A stretch of DNA of 64,000 nt from the NCBI GenBank assembly GCA_010909165.1, contig VJWM01000326.1:4664-68663 (forward strand). Reading direction: 5' to 3'. This document shows positions 24,301 through 37,400 of this stretch, one piece after another; within the stretch, counting starts at the first letter, position 1, and every line of letters starts with the position of its first letter. Position numbers and translations under genes: made by a program. The notes under the pieces were generated by a model. It was not told where the DNA came from. It saw only the letters and a program-made list of their open reading frames with translations, and did not search any database. This stretch comes from Anthoceros angustus (taxonomy: Eukaryota > Plantae > Anthocerotophyta).

Positions 24301-25503
24301 ACAAAGACTTGCAGATACTAGATTCTTGCACATTGAAGGAACATGGAGGACGTGATGAAGATGAAGAACGACAATCACACTTGAATACAATCGAACCAAC
24401 ACCCGCAATGGGTAGGTTGTGATCATCTCGGAGGAGATGTCCTGGGGTCGGTGAGTAAGACTCAAAAGAGTTTGTTGTAACAAATATGTGAAGTAGCTCC
24501 ATCTAAGTACCATGAGGTATTGGAGGGCTTGGAAGAAGCCAAGCACACAGTGAGCACACTGGAGTTGAGGAAGATTGTTTCTTCACGCAATGTTAGCTCT
24601 GTGGGGCCTCCTTGAGGTTCCCCATTCTTCTTCTTACGACAATCCTTTTCCATGTGATTTGGGATTACGCACCAATTACATATAATCCCGCCTTCTTGTT
24701 ACCTCTTGCGGTGTTGAAGAAGATGCCTCTCCATCATGGAAAGTATGTGCGGATATGGGGTCTGGAAAGTAGAACCTCGGCCTCGCCGTCCTCTTCCTCT
24801 ACCCCTTTGTGAATACATCACCGCTTGTTGGCTGGAGTGATGATGACGTCGCTTGCCTCCTCCTGTAGCAATGCTCCAATAAGTTCTAAACACGATGTCC
24901 GGCTCTTCATTTGGATCTTCATCTGCTTTTCCGACATTGCGAATCACGCATTTTGAGTTGTAATGAAAGCCCTATAAGAAGGTGGCAATGAAGATAAGAG
25001 AATGACGTAAGCCTCCATCTCGAGATAGGTACGCCATTGAAGATTCCAAATGGGATCGTGCCAATCGAAATGCATTAACATGATGTTCGATGGTGTCGGA
25101 CTCCTTCATTGAGAGGTTGCGGAAGTTACGTGAAGTCAACAATACTCATTACATCTCGAGATGAATATAATTGAGCAAGGTGAGTCCACATATCCTTGGA
25201 GGTCTTGCAGCGACATGTCTCACCATATGTTGAGAAAGTCCACCGACCAATAAATCTTGTGCCTTCTCGCCGGCGTCCGGAAGGTTGAAGTTCACGTTCA
25301 AATCGGGCGTGGCCTTGGAATTGATCCATCGACGATGCCCCAAAGGTCTCTTTGCCGCAAAGCTCCTCGCATTCTCAATGACCGATGTCATAATCCCTTC
25401 CATTGAATCTATCTTTCTCTTTGAATCACACCATAATGATAATGCAATGAAGTGTTAGCATTATCATTACCCAATGGGGAATTAGGAACAGTTTGTTCTT
25501 CAT
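21325..25503 (-). pseudogene. pol: gag-pol of copia A (frameshifted as read)
   Basis: EKDRFNGRDYDI; CCHC CNWCVIPNHMEKDC (24639-24680); WYLDGATSHIC protease; LWHCRLGHPN; TLRSDNGGE and YTPQQNGVAE integrase; KWVFKIKRKGDGSIERYKARLVARGFTQ and YVDD RT; HSRTKHIAVEYHYIRE RNase H. Confidence 0.92.
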
Positions 25504-26311
25504 TATTGATCACTCCAGCCATTGTAGGTGATTTAGAGGACTAGGCCTCGCAGGTACAGCCTCTCATCTTCTTTATTGCACGCGCGAAACTCTTCTCTTG
25601 CATCATAGTCTGATTCGGATGATGATAGCATGCTCTCAAATCTCTGCGCATTATCAACCTTAGAGAGAATAGACAATTTTGTCCTTAATTCAGATAATTC
25701 TCCTTAAGATCAAAGGATTGGATTCTAAGAGTTGCTAATTGACTATCAATTTCTTGAAATCTAAGAGTTTCTATGCTATTTTGTCTCAGACTAGAAGATA
25801 AAGGAGTACTAATACCGATTCAAATTTGGGATATGTTGGAGAGCTAATTCTAATGCCTTGACGTGAATTGGACTAAAAACTTCTAGCAAATCACGTCTAG
25901 CTAGCTTGATAAACTTCCCTTGATCCGGTTTAGAAATTAAAATAGATGCAATGAAGTTTGCTATACAAGAGGAGGTTTCTACTATCTCTCCTCTATAGCT
26001 TGTTGTCTTCTATTGCTTCTATGTGTTGGGCTCCTAATTTGTTCTTGTTGTCTTGGGACTACTTCTCTTCTTAACTCTATGCCTTCTCCTTCTAAGGGAA
26101 CACAAATCCATGGAGGAAGGACAAAGAATTAGTGCATAAAAGCATTGTTAGAAGAGAAATGTTAGCATAAAAAGAATGCATGCAAAGATAGCAATTCTAG
26201 GATAAACACAATCCATCTAGGCAAATGCTAGATTAGAAAGTGTCTCCTAGATAAGCTACTTAGATGCATGAGGATGCACAAGCAAACAAAGAGCAAGTGT
26301 GCTCGATACCA

Positions 26312-26535
26312 TGATGAGAATCATACACAAGCTCTAGCAATATGTGTTGCATTACATTCATAAAAGAAAGTACATGCCTTTATGTAGGCAAGGTAGTTGT
26401 AACCAATAAGTGGTTGTAACAACTAACCAATTAAATAACTACTAAAAGAAACTACCTAGAGCCCTAAGGACTAAATTAATTATTAAGTCCTAGGTGCCCT
26501 AGTGAAGAGTGCCCTAATAGTAAGCTATTTTATCA
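26312..26535 (-). repeat. 5' LTR of copia A
   Basis: Near-identical to 19441-19665; adjacent PBS. Confidence 0.95.
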
Positions 26536-26540
26536 CTGTC

Positions 26541-27100
26541 CCTATCAACACAAAGGCTGGACCTCTGACAATGGCCACCGCACTTTGGTGCTTTTCCCGA
26601 AGACTCCTCCTGGACCGGCTTACATTCTCAATAGAAATCAGGAGATTGATCGACTGTACAAGAAGCGCTGCCGCAAGAGAGGACAGAACCCAAAATTGTT
26701 CTACAGATCTAAAACTGGAGCATCCTCCTCCTACATAAGTCCCCCTGTGCCACAATAGCAAAGAAACAGCACCATCAGTGACTCCACACAACTCAGGAAT
26801 GACACCAATGGAAGGACTACATTGGTACCTTAGCTCGTGCGGAGAAGGTGTTGACTTTATCGCTAGCCAACCAGGAATCTAACAAGAGCAGAGTTGAGAG
26901 CCTTAATCGCAACACAGAACGAGCCATCTCAAATTGCAAGCTGGAAATCAAGGAGGATCTCAATTACATTACCTATTCCCTGCAAATGATGAAGCTGAGA
27001 CTGCAGGATCTGGGGACTAGCTGCAATCATTCTGCTGTTGGACAGAAGGCCCAAGAATCCTGAGCATTTCCGCTGCGATCGAGTGGAGCGCCCTGGCACA
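26541..27100 (+). pseudogene. Putative extra ORF upstream of gag in copia B (3' part; 5' part from ATG 19152)
   Basis: RAEKVLTLSLANQ and SLQMMKLRLQDL match copia C RVEKVLSLVLSNQ and DLRNMDLKLQNL. Confidence 0.5.
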
Positions 27101-27545
27101 CGAGCAATTCCAGCCAGGATCTGAAGGGGCGCTATTGATCACGCACCCCTTCATTTGAAACTCTTGTTTTGACTGTGATTTGTTCACTTGTGGACGTCTG
27201 TTCACAGGACAGGGACGTGACGGTTAGTCACAAACCCTAATTTCCAGTTTAGTTTTCTGAAACGATATTCATTTTAGGGTTATGTTCATAAACGCAACTG
27301 TTCACTAGTGCCTGAAGGGAAGTTGAGGAGTTCAGCATGAGGAGGGCATAGTTCCTTGGTATCCCCCACCTCGGGCTGAACCCCCCAACCTCCTTTCCTA
27401 CGATATACTAGTTAGTCCCTCAAATCCAACAATGCAGGTTAGGACTCTTATCTGTGAGGTAGGGATCGATAGGTAGTCATATATGTCCTCTTACGATCTT
27501 GACATTGACGGCTACTTCTCTTGGTTGTTTTCCCCCTCACCTGTG

Positions 27546-29760
27546 ATGGCTGCTTCAAACCCTGCACACCCTGCGTTAACTTTTACTTCTGAGTTGAAAG
27601 AGAAGGATCGTTTTAAGGGTAGTGGTTACCTGGTATGGAGAGTCAGGATGAAGGCTATTCTATCAGCTCGTGGAGTCTAGCCAGTCCTGGATGGCACTTT
27701 CAAGAAACCTGATCCAGTTACTCACCTTGATGATCATGCCTAATGGGTTAACCACAATGGAATCGCCATGGCCCTCCTCATCAATGGCCTGGATGCAGCT
27801 CTTGTGCCTAATGTTGAGTTTCTAGATTCAGCTGCGGACATTTGGAATCAGTTAGAAACTACCTGTCATTCCACAAACATGATGTCTTTGTCAGCTGTGT
27901 GTATGGAATTTTATGCCTTGAAAATGAAGGAAGGAGAGGAGATAGCTACATCTGCGTGAAGTTCCAACATCCGAGAGCCTTTGATCACGTCCGGACACAA
28001 GATGCCGAAGTCAAGCCGTATCGCCTTCACGCCTCCCACCTTCATATCGAGTTTTGCCACACCAAATGGCCTTGTTCCCAGCCGGAGCCATCGCTGTCAC
28101 GCCCCCTGTGCTGTTGAGGACATCATCTACAAGACTCTATCGAGAGGAGCAGTCTGCATTTTCCGGGTGCTACTCCTAAGAACAAAGCCTAGAGAGTTTT
28201 AGCTGTGAATTCTCGCCCTTTTAAAGGCAAGGCAAAATTCAAGGGGGGAAATAACCCACCTGGAGGTTCTAGTCAGCGAACTGATTCCGCCAGCTCCTCC
28301 ACTAAAAGACCAGGTTCGTGCAATTGGTGTGGCACCCCTGGCCATTGGGCAAGAGAATGCCGCAAAAAGAAGGCAAGTGAGCCACAACGACAGCTGAGAG
28401 CAAACGCTGCTGTCAAGGAGAAAAATTCTGGAGAATCAAAGGTGCCAATTAAGATACTCACTATCTGCCTTTCCGCCTGACTAATGACACGGCACTACCG
28501 GATTCCGGAGCCAGACCGCATCTCGCAAGCGGATGGGAGTTGTTCACTACCCTTAACCTTGGTCATGTCCATGACAAGGTGTTGCTCGGAGATGAGCAAA
28601 GTACAACCAGCTACTACGTTTACGTACCTTCTGTATGCGTGCTAATTCTAATCACTGCTCCTTCTACAGAAAGGCATATCCAAATACATGTGTTTTCAAA
28701 GGCGGTCTAGACCATGATCTGTATAGGCTGAACATCACTTGCAGCCCTGCCTTTGTTCCCTAGCACGCTGCACATTCCACGTCAAGGAATTCAGTCAGTG
28801 CAAAGCAAGAGGCTGTGTTATGGCATGCTAGATTAAGTCACGTAAATAGGTCCAAGCTTATAGACATGTCTGTAATGGAATGTCACAGGGAGCCACTCCC
28901 TAAGTGTTTTAAGGACTTACCAGTTTGTGAGTCTTGCATTCTGGCTAAGCAGAAGGAATCCCCTTTTCCTAATGCCCCTGCACATAGAACCACGCAAGTC
29001 CTTGAGTTAGTACATGTCGACATATCAGGGAAGATTCATGAGCCTTCCCTAGGAGGTTCACGATACTTCTTTACCCTAACTGACGATTACAGTCGGTATA
29101 CCTGGACATTTCCTATGCATCTGAAAAGTGATACTTTTAGCTACTTCAAGGAATGGCTATCAACTGCTCAACGACAATCTAGGATGCCTCTCAAGATTCT
29201 AAGGACAGACAATGGGTCGGAATTTGTAAACTCATCTTTTGATGAATTGCTTCAGGAGCATGGAATCCTCCGACAGTTGACTATGCCTTACACACCACAG
29301 CAGAACGGTGTCTCAAAGAGGAAAAACCAGACCTTGTTAGGAATGACAAGGAGCATGTTGATATGGGCGTGGCTTACCATGGAGGAGCTGAGCCGTGGAT
29401 TGCAACCTACATCTTGAATGAGGTAGTCCTTACAAGCTGGGCCCACACAAGACCCCATATGAAGTTTTCTGGCATAAGAGGCCAAGCCTCCTTCACTTGC
29501 GGATCTTCGGGTCCAAGGCATATGCTCATATTCCTACTGAGAAGAGGAAGAAGGAGGAGAAACTCCTACCATGGTAGGAGAGGGTAGGAGAAACTCCTAC
29601 CATGGTAGGAGAAACTCCTACCATGGTAGGAGAGGGTAGGAGAGATCCTACCACCGTAGGAGATAGGTTCGATGGTGCTAGCTCGCAGTGTTGTCTTCCT
29701 CGAGCCCACAAAGACTGCAGAGATCCTTTCCATGATTCAAAGACCTCTGAGACTTGGACC
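27546..29760 (+). pseudogene. pol: Copia B gag, protease, integrase
   Basis: MAASNPAHPALTFTSELKEKDRFKGSGYLVWRVRMK; CNWCGTPGHWAREC; LWHARLSHVN; LELVHVDISG..GGSRYFFTLTDDYSRYTW; RTDNGSEF; YTPQQNGVS; SMVLARSVVFLEP. Confidence 0.9.
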
Positions 29761-32700
29761 GTGGAACGCAAAAGTTTGGGCAACAAGCTTAAATGAGTTT
29801 GTTTTGAACAGCCCACACTCTTTGCTAGAAATGGTTTGGTGAAGACATGCAAGGAAATTTTTGCTCCTTTGAGCGGAGTTGTAGGACCATGCCTGGAAGG
29901 CAGAGGATATGGGAAAAGAAACGGGTCAAAACGACCTACTGGTGAGGAGAAAAGGTAACCTACATGAGTGGTAGGAGGTGTCCTACCACCGTAGGAGAAA
30001 CTCCTACCATGGTAGACGAGGGTAGGAGAGATCCTACCACCGTAGGAGGATGACCGCTAGTGTTTTGATCACCTACCTAGGAATAGCTCCTACCATGGTA
30101 GGAGAGGGTAGGAAGGTATCCCACAGGAGTGACTCCTACCGTGGTAGGAGAAAGGGAAAACGCCTACCATGGTAGGAGGATGTCCTACCACCGTAGGAGA
30201 TAGGTTGCTAAGGAAAGTAGCTTATGTTTTAGGCAGGATAGGCTTGCTATATATAGAGTCTTTTAGTGGACTAGATAAATAGGCCAAAATAGGTAATTAA
30301 GAAATTAGAGGCTAATTTTCAATTAGAAATTAGAAAATAGGGAAATGGTATTTTAGTATAAGGAATTAGGAAACTAACATCAATGGTGAGAAAAGGGCCA
30401 CGTGGCACACATCCAAGGGCAGGATAGAATGGTAGTTACTTTTTCTAACCCTTGGGTGACTTATAAAAGTGGTGCAGTGCCCGCAGGAGGCCACAACTCG
30501 AAACTTGAAGAGACTACCACAGCAGAAGGCGCCGCCACACCTCAAGCTGCCCAAGGCCCCATACAGCAACGCGCACACGCGCCTGTGTTGAGGAGGAGAA
30601 GGAGGGCGCAAGCTCAAGGAGGCGTAACCGCCAGCGCCCAAGAGAGGAAGAAGGAGGAAAAGAGGAAGAAGAGAAGGGAGAAGAAGGTTGGGCGCAACCC
30701 AACACTTGCCAAGCTCGTGAGGGTGCCTAGGAGGGTGGAGCGTGGCAAGATTGCTAGGAAACCGTGCAGGAAGGGCTCCTAAATTGCTGGCGGTGTAAGA
30801 GTCCGGGAGAATTTTGGTGAGCTTTCTGCAGGAGAAATCGGGTTTTGAGGGACGCCAAGGTGTAAGGACTGCAGGAGGAGGAGAGCAAGGGCAAGGACCT
30901 TTGAGCTGTGAGCAAGAGCAAATCAGGAGGAGAGCAAGGGCAAGGACCTTTGAGCTGTGAGCAAGAGCAAATCACGAGGAGGAGGAGAAACGTTTGCAAG
31001 GATAAGAAGTCGGTGAGCAGGAATTGCAGGAGAGGCATCACTTTTCTTCAATTTCGCAAGTACTAACCAAGGAGGCCATGACCAAGCCTACCATGACCAA
31101 GGGCAAGGAGGTAGTAGCTAAGGAAGGAGCGTCCACCAAGGAGGTGGCGCAGGAGCGCAAGAGGTCTAAGGCGGAGGATCAGACCGGAGGGTGGAAATTT
31201 GACATGCCCTTGTTTACGTGCTGTGCCAGCTATCCTCTAGAGACCTTTCGACTTTCGACCTTGGGCAGCAGAGGAGAATATTCAGCTAGAGTGGGTGTAT
31301 GGGCGACATTGGTCTTACACCAACCTTGAATTGATAGAGGAGTGTTTTGCTAATTTGCAGCAGAGAAGAGGAATTGGCCGCCTTACCGGATAGAACGCAC
31401 GGACGGATCCACGGTGTTGGAGTAAGGAGCATACGCTGTATATGGCGGATAGCGAGGATAGCGGAATCACGTTGATGGAAGGAACGAGTGGAGGCAAGCG
31501 TGCATCAACGGCGGATCTTCCCAAGGGAGCCCTTACACTTATGCAAGGGGGCATGAAGGCTAAGTCCAAGAACGGTTGGCAGACGGACCAAATCTTGGAG
31601 CCCAAGTGGAGATTGTTCACAAGAATTGTTTTGGGCTTGGTGAGCAATCCAAGGGTGTCATATTTCAGCACTACCTTCCTCCATTTTCTATGGAAGATCA
31701 CTCAAGGAGCGAAGCCGGATTGGGGGCTCATCATGTATGAAGCATACACCTACCACCGGGAGAAGTTGCTGAAACCCAACGCGTCGGATGAAGACAAAGG
31801 CCATGCTATCTTAGCACTTATCTAGTGCATTTGTGGGAAGTAGAGGGCTACTCACAAGTAAGGAGTTGGATGATTCCAAGCATCCCTTTAACATTGTGTA
31901 CTTACAGGAGAGGGACAGGAGTGCTTGGTGCTTTGCGCTAAAGGAGGTGCCGCACCACCGGACATTATTGCCGGAAGGAATCCTCCGAAAGATAGGCCGA
32001 GGATGCAGGAGGACTTGCAAGGAGAAGTTGTAGGGGATTTGAAGTTTGGACCGGAGGATGCGGAGATGGAAGGTAGGATAGATCCTACCATGGTAGGAGA
32101 AGGTCCTACCACGGTGGGAGGTGTTCCCACAGGGTTTGGGACCCCTTCGTCCTCTCATGACAAGGCCTACTGGGGAATTAGTCCTACCACGGTAGGAAGT
32201 AGTCCTACTTGGAGCACCTCCTACCACGGTAGGAGGAAAGGAAGTCACGGTTTGGAAGCTCCCAAGAGGAGATAAGAAGGCAACCGGCCCTGCTAGGTGG
32301 GCGAGCGGATGGAGTCACGGTGGGAGGAGTTGCCCACCAAGTGATGAGCGGGAGCTCATCATAGGGAAGCAAGGGATGTAAGATCCCATGAGCAAGGCAA
32401 AGGCCTTGAGTCTCCGGAGGTAAGAAAGGAGACTTAGACATGTTGGAGGAGATGCTGCGATAGGGGAGATGTTCAGAAGGTAGATAGGAGCCGCCAAGAG
32501 GAGAGTTGAATTCTTGAAGACGGAGGCGAGAAGACAAGGACCTACCAAGCAAGGGAAATTGCGGGTAGGCGAGCGGAAACCCAGGTGGGAGGATGTTATG
32601 AGGATGGAAGCTCAAGTGGAGCACTTGGAAAAGAGTCTTGAAACAAGGCAGGAGGCAAACAATCATATTCGGAGAACAAGGCTCTTACCAAGCAATTGGC

Positions 32701-35135
32701 AGCTCGAGAGGAGAAGGTGGAGCAACTTGCTCACATGGTGCGACATGGAAAAGAAGGCGGAAGACAAGCAAGTGCTGCTAATGGAGGAAAGGTCAAGACG
32801 AGAGCAATCTCGCAAAGAAATGAGGGCAGACAAAGGCAAGTAGGCGACATGAGCGGGTCATAGCCACACAGCCGTGAAGATTAGTGACATGGAAAAGGAG
32901 CTGGGAGAAATCACGGAGGCTGGAATTGAAGGAAGAAGAGCTGGAAGAACGGACACATTTTGTCCAAAGATTGGAAATGGAACGAGAAGTCCAAAGAACG
33001 GAGAATGCACAACTCCCTAGGAGGATAGGGGAGTTGGAGGAAGAAATGGCAAAGGAGAAAGGCCGTCATGAGGCGCAGACATATGTTGGCGGTGAGGGAG
33101 CGAGATTTCGCTGATTATGCCCTACAAGAGAGATTGATCCGCCAACCGCAATGAGAGGACGGAGAATGTGGCTCTCCATGTCAAGGGTGAGCTGGCCTTG
33201 AGCGAGATGCTTACAAAAGCAAGTGTGAGCATGGAGTATGGCTTGAGGATTACAAGAATTGGAGATGGCACAACAACGATTTGCAGCCCATCTTCACAAC
33301 AAGGTGCTCAAGGCCACTAACGAGTTGTTGCGACTTGCGAGAGGAGGATGTTGGGACCTCATGACGATGATAGGGAGGCCCTCATGCAAGTCCAACCGGA
33401 AGCCTTAGACTTGGAGAGTGTCCCAAGCAATTGGCAGCTCGAGAGGAGGAAGAAGAAACTTCGCACTGTGGAGAAGCAAGGAGCTGGGAGAAATCATGTG
33501 GAGAGAATCACCCTGTGAAGGGGTAAGGAAGAAGAAATGGCAAAGGAGAAGGTCCTACCATGGTAGGAGGAGTTCCTACCGTGGTAGGAGGAGTTCCTAC
33601 CGTGGTAGGAGAAGGTCCTACCATGGTAGGAGGGCCGGAAGAAGCAGGATTCAAAGGTCGCTAGCATGGATTTGACGGCAAGGGAGGCGAGTACCTTGGC
33701 CCTTGCAGAATGGAGCAAGAATCACAAGGAAGAGGGGTTGATCTTGCAGAATGGAGCAAGAATCACAAGGAGAAGACCAACCTCCTAACATGGGTGCAGG
33801 AGAAGGAGCTCACTTGCTCCACAAGTGAGAGGAAGAGGAGGAGGAGGAGGAGGAAGAAGAGAGCCCGGGCTATTTTATTGGAGGAAGGAACTCAAGATAG
33901 GCATCAAGATAAGGAAGGGGATTCATAAGAAGTCCTTAAATTAGCTTGAAGACATGGGGCAAGATGCCACTTGGGAAGACTTTTCTTTAGAGGAGGACAG
34001 GCATTAATGCTTGTCAGCCCAGTAGAGTGTGTTGACTAGCTAGATAGGAATGTTGACAGGAGCCATTAAGGCTCACATAGGTGGAATTTGCTAGAATAGA
34101 ATTTTACCCAAGATGCTTGGATGTCAGAACTTAAAGTCTGACAATAGGATACACTAAAATAAGGAGTAAGGAGCTCACTTGCTCCACAAGTGAGAGGAAG
34201 AGCTAAGGGCGCTTGAGGAGGATGCTTGCAGATGTGAGGACCTCCTATAAAAGGAGGGAGCTTGTGAAGTAAAATTATCGTGTCTTGCGCTCCCATCCTC
34301 CCGAGTCCTTCACTTTGTGTGTGGAATTTCGTGCCGCAAGCCAACGCAGGTCCGGTAGAGAGGAAGAGCTAAGGGCGCTTGAGGAGGAGGAAGAGGAGGG
34401 AGCTTGTGAAGTAAAATTATCGTGTCTTGCGCCTCCCTTGTGAATGGTTGCCGTGAATTGTTTTGCTTTGAGTGTGTGGCGATGCTCAAGGAACTCTCGG
34501 CTTGAGGGTAGACTGCAGGAAAGACTCGGAGGTTCTCGTCTGTGCAAACCACATAGCAACCGCCCAAGGAAGAAGAGGGCGTTGTTGATTGAGAGAGTTG
34601 TGAGGAGGAGGAAGAGGAGTTGGAATTAATGAGCCAGCAATTGGTGTTAGAGTAGGAGATTGTGGAGGAAGGAAGGGTAGATGAGTAGAGAAGAAGAGGG
34701 CGTTGTTGATTGAGAGAGTTGTGAGGAGGATTAGAGTGTAGGAAAACTAAGGCCACAGTGCAGCCTAAGGGACGAATCCCAACTGCAAGTAAGAGGGCGC
34801 TCCTGTGTGGAGAAGAGTGTCTTAGGAGTAGGGACGTTGCGGTGTGGGTCGGGGTCCTGGCGCCGTGATAGACACCTTGTCAAGACGAACTGCAATTGTG
34901 TGGTGTCGTTGTAGGTTGAGGTTTGGTGAGTTTACGGCAAGACGGGCGAGCTGCTGTAGAGGGAGCGTGAGAGGGCGCCTTGCTTGTTTAGAAGGCTGAG
35001 GTAGTGTGTAGCGGTAGTGACGATTTCTCAAGATCGACTGCTCCCAAGTCTCATGGGACGAAACCCAACGAAAACGAAAGTGATAAGTGTGGCCGCTAGA
35101 GGGGAATCTCGAGTGCCCCGGGTTTTCCTCCCACA
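29760..35135 (+). repeat. 5' LTR of gypsy copy 2
   Basis: (C)GTGGAACGCAAAAG...CCTCCCACA then TTTT-TGGCGCCGCTGCGGGA. Confidence 0.88.
31078..33928 (+). pseudogene. LTR-embedded additional ORF, copy in 5' LTR 2
   Basis: Same peptides (MTKPTMTKGKE...; DSEDSGITLMEGTSGGKRASTADLPKG...; ...HQDKEGDS*). Confidence 0.7.
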
Positions 35136-35139
35136 TTTT

Positions 35140-35155
35140 TGGCGCCGCTGCGGGA
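35140..35155 (+). other. PBS of gypsy copy 2 (tRNA-Asp type)
   Basis: TGGCGCCGCTGCGGGA after the LTR-terminal CA. Confidence 0.8.
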
Positions 35156-36827
35156 CTTGTGGCAAATTGAAATTTTGAGATTTTTCTTAGCTTGGCATGA
35201 GCTGAGAAGATCTTGTAAGGAGGTGGAGCGGGGGTCTAGGAAGAAGTCTACACGTCCTTGAACTTGTGCGTTGTGAAGGAGGAGCTCCATGCCTCCTGAA
35301 TGATGTGATTTTTGTGTTCCTGCAGCAAGAATGGCGCATGGCAGGAGTTGGCTGATTTTTCTTTAACAACCGGGTTTTGGAGGCTATGAGGATGCTTGCA
35401 GATGTCTAGCAGAGGGAGGGGGAGAGGAGAAAACCATAGGAGGTCACCCCACCATCGCAAGAGATCTAAGAGCGCAAGAAGAAATCAATGGAGGAGGAAA
35501 ACGCAGGTGGTTGAAGAGGAGGTTGTTGCCGAGGAGGAAGAGCTAAGGGCGCTTGAGGAGGAGGCCTTTTGCCCTTGCCTACAAGGGGAGCCAAGTGATC
35601 CAGCAGAAAACGCTCGGAGAAGGGACGAATCCCAACTGCAAGAGGAGGAAGGCAAGAGGAGGAAGGAGGTGGTTGAAGAGGAGGAAGGAGGTGGTTGAAG
35701 AGGAAAGCGAGGAGGAAGCACCTTCGAGCACGATTCAAGTTCAGCTACCAGCACGGGCCTTCTCAACGCTGGACCTTGAGTGGTGGATCTAGCTCAACTC
35801 AAATGTAAAGTGAAGAAGGAGGTGGAGCGGGGTCTAGGAAGAAGAGGTAGTTGTCTAAGAGCAAGAGGAGGGGAGCTTGATAGAATCACTGCTCAGCTCA
35901 CAGTCTTGGGACGCACACCTAGGGGAGACACCATCCCACAACCGTCCCCAATCTTTTGTGCAGGACACCCTTTCTGCAGAGAACTTTGGTTGGAGAATTT
36001 ACCTGCAGGAGAGGAAGGGAGTGTGAGTTCGCCTAGCTCATCTGGACCAAGCAACATGAGTGGAACAGGAGTAGGAGGGGGATTTGCTGTTTGGATAGTT
36101 GTGTGTTGAGGGGAGCGTGAGAGGGCGCTTGAGGGTAGACTGCAGGAGAGGAAGGAGGAAGTAATTTCGTGTAGGAGTTGAGAGGAGATCACCCCGCCTT
36201 TGTCTGCAAGGGATTTGTGAACTGAATGGAGAAATCATGTGTGAAGAAAGCTTAGTTGCTGCTGATGTGCAAAGGAAGAAGTGGAGGAGAGAGCTCTTGG
36301 GAGGAAGCTACATGTGCTAACATCTTCAAGGGTTCCGTTGAGGAAGAAGAGGTAGTTGTCTAAGAGCAAGAGGAGGTTGTGCTCACGGACAGCGAGAGGA
36401 AGGAGGTTGTTGCCGAGGAGTTGCTGATCAAGGGTGAGGGTCAAGAATCAGCCAGTTAATAATTTCAAGGTACATCTTCCGCTCTTGCAAGAGGAGGATT
36501 TTTTGGATTGTTGAGCTCTTCTAGCTCGAGTTGGTCGTCGTAAGAGGAGGAAGGCAAGAGGGTGAGATTTGGGGAGAAGAAATCAATGGAGGAGGAAGTG
36601 GAGGAAGTGGAGGAAGAGCTAAGGGCGCTTGAGGAGGAGGAAGGCAAGAGGAGGGAGTCTTGAACCACGCCCATCTTGCTGCCCTTTCAACCTTGCTTGT
36701 TAAGAGGAGGAGGAGGAAGCTACATGTGCTAACATCTTCAAGGGTTCCGTTGAGGAAGAGCTAAGGGCGCTTGAGGAGGAGGAGAGAGCTCTTGGGAGGT
36801 GTGCCCACATTTGTGGACGCCTCAACC

Positions 36828-37400
36828 ATGAGTGGAGGAAGTGGAGGTGGTGGAAGTCACACACCCAATATATGGGAGATTTGGGGAGAAGAAACGAGGT
36901 GAAGATGATGAGGCTTTTGTGCAAACTTTTGAACATGTGACTCATGCGAATTTGGAAGCTCAACGTGGATTGTCTCCAAATTTTCCTAGAGTACTTCGAG
37001 GTCAAATGAGCAAGAGGAGGAAGAGGAGGAGGAGGAAGGAGGTGGTTGGGATGATTTGAGAGCTGTATCTTTGAACCGGTTTTGTGGCTTAAGCTATGCA
37101 CATCACACGCTGGTCGGCTGAGGACTCAAGGAAGAGGAGGGAGTCTTTGTATGATTACATAGAGGAGAGAGTACCACCACGGCCACCAAGGATGTAGCCT
37201 TCTGCAAAAGCAAGGCCTATGGTATGACCTTTCTTGATAAAAGTTGGGGAAACAGTGTAGGAAGGAGTTAGAGGGAACACATGTAGATCCATGTGCCATA
37301 GAAAAATTAGAGCTAGAATGTGGTAAGGTGGTGAAGATTTCTAAGTGTAGAGGAGATGGTAGAGTTTAAGAAGGTGGTGGAAGAGCATGAGAATGCGTGT
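36828..37400 (+). pseudogene. gag: gag relic of gypsy copy 2
   Basis: Homologous to 10387-10960 (YGRFGEKKRGEDDEAFVQTFEHVTHANLE; WDDLRAVSLNRF). Confidence 0.55.

Larger units (their letters stand above)
19441..26535 (-). mobile_element. Full-length Ty1/copia element A (7095 bp)
   Basis: ~225-bp LTRs at 19441-19665 and 26312-26535; TSD CTGTC at 19436-19440 and 26536-26540; PBS TGGTATCGAGC at 26301-26311 (minus); PPT AGTGAGTGGGAG at 19666-19677. Confidence 0.95.

Noticed and set aside
21325-25503. Frameshifts as programmed recoding or proof of ancient decay
   Set aside because: Indels differ between copies and occur even in an element with ~99% identical LTRs; sequence error is more parsimonious.
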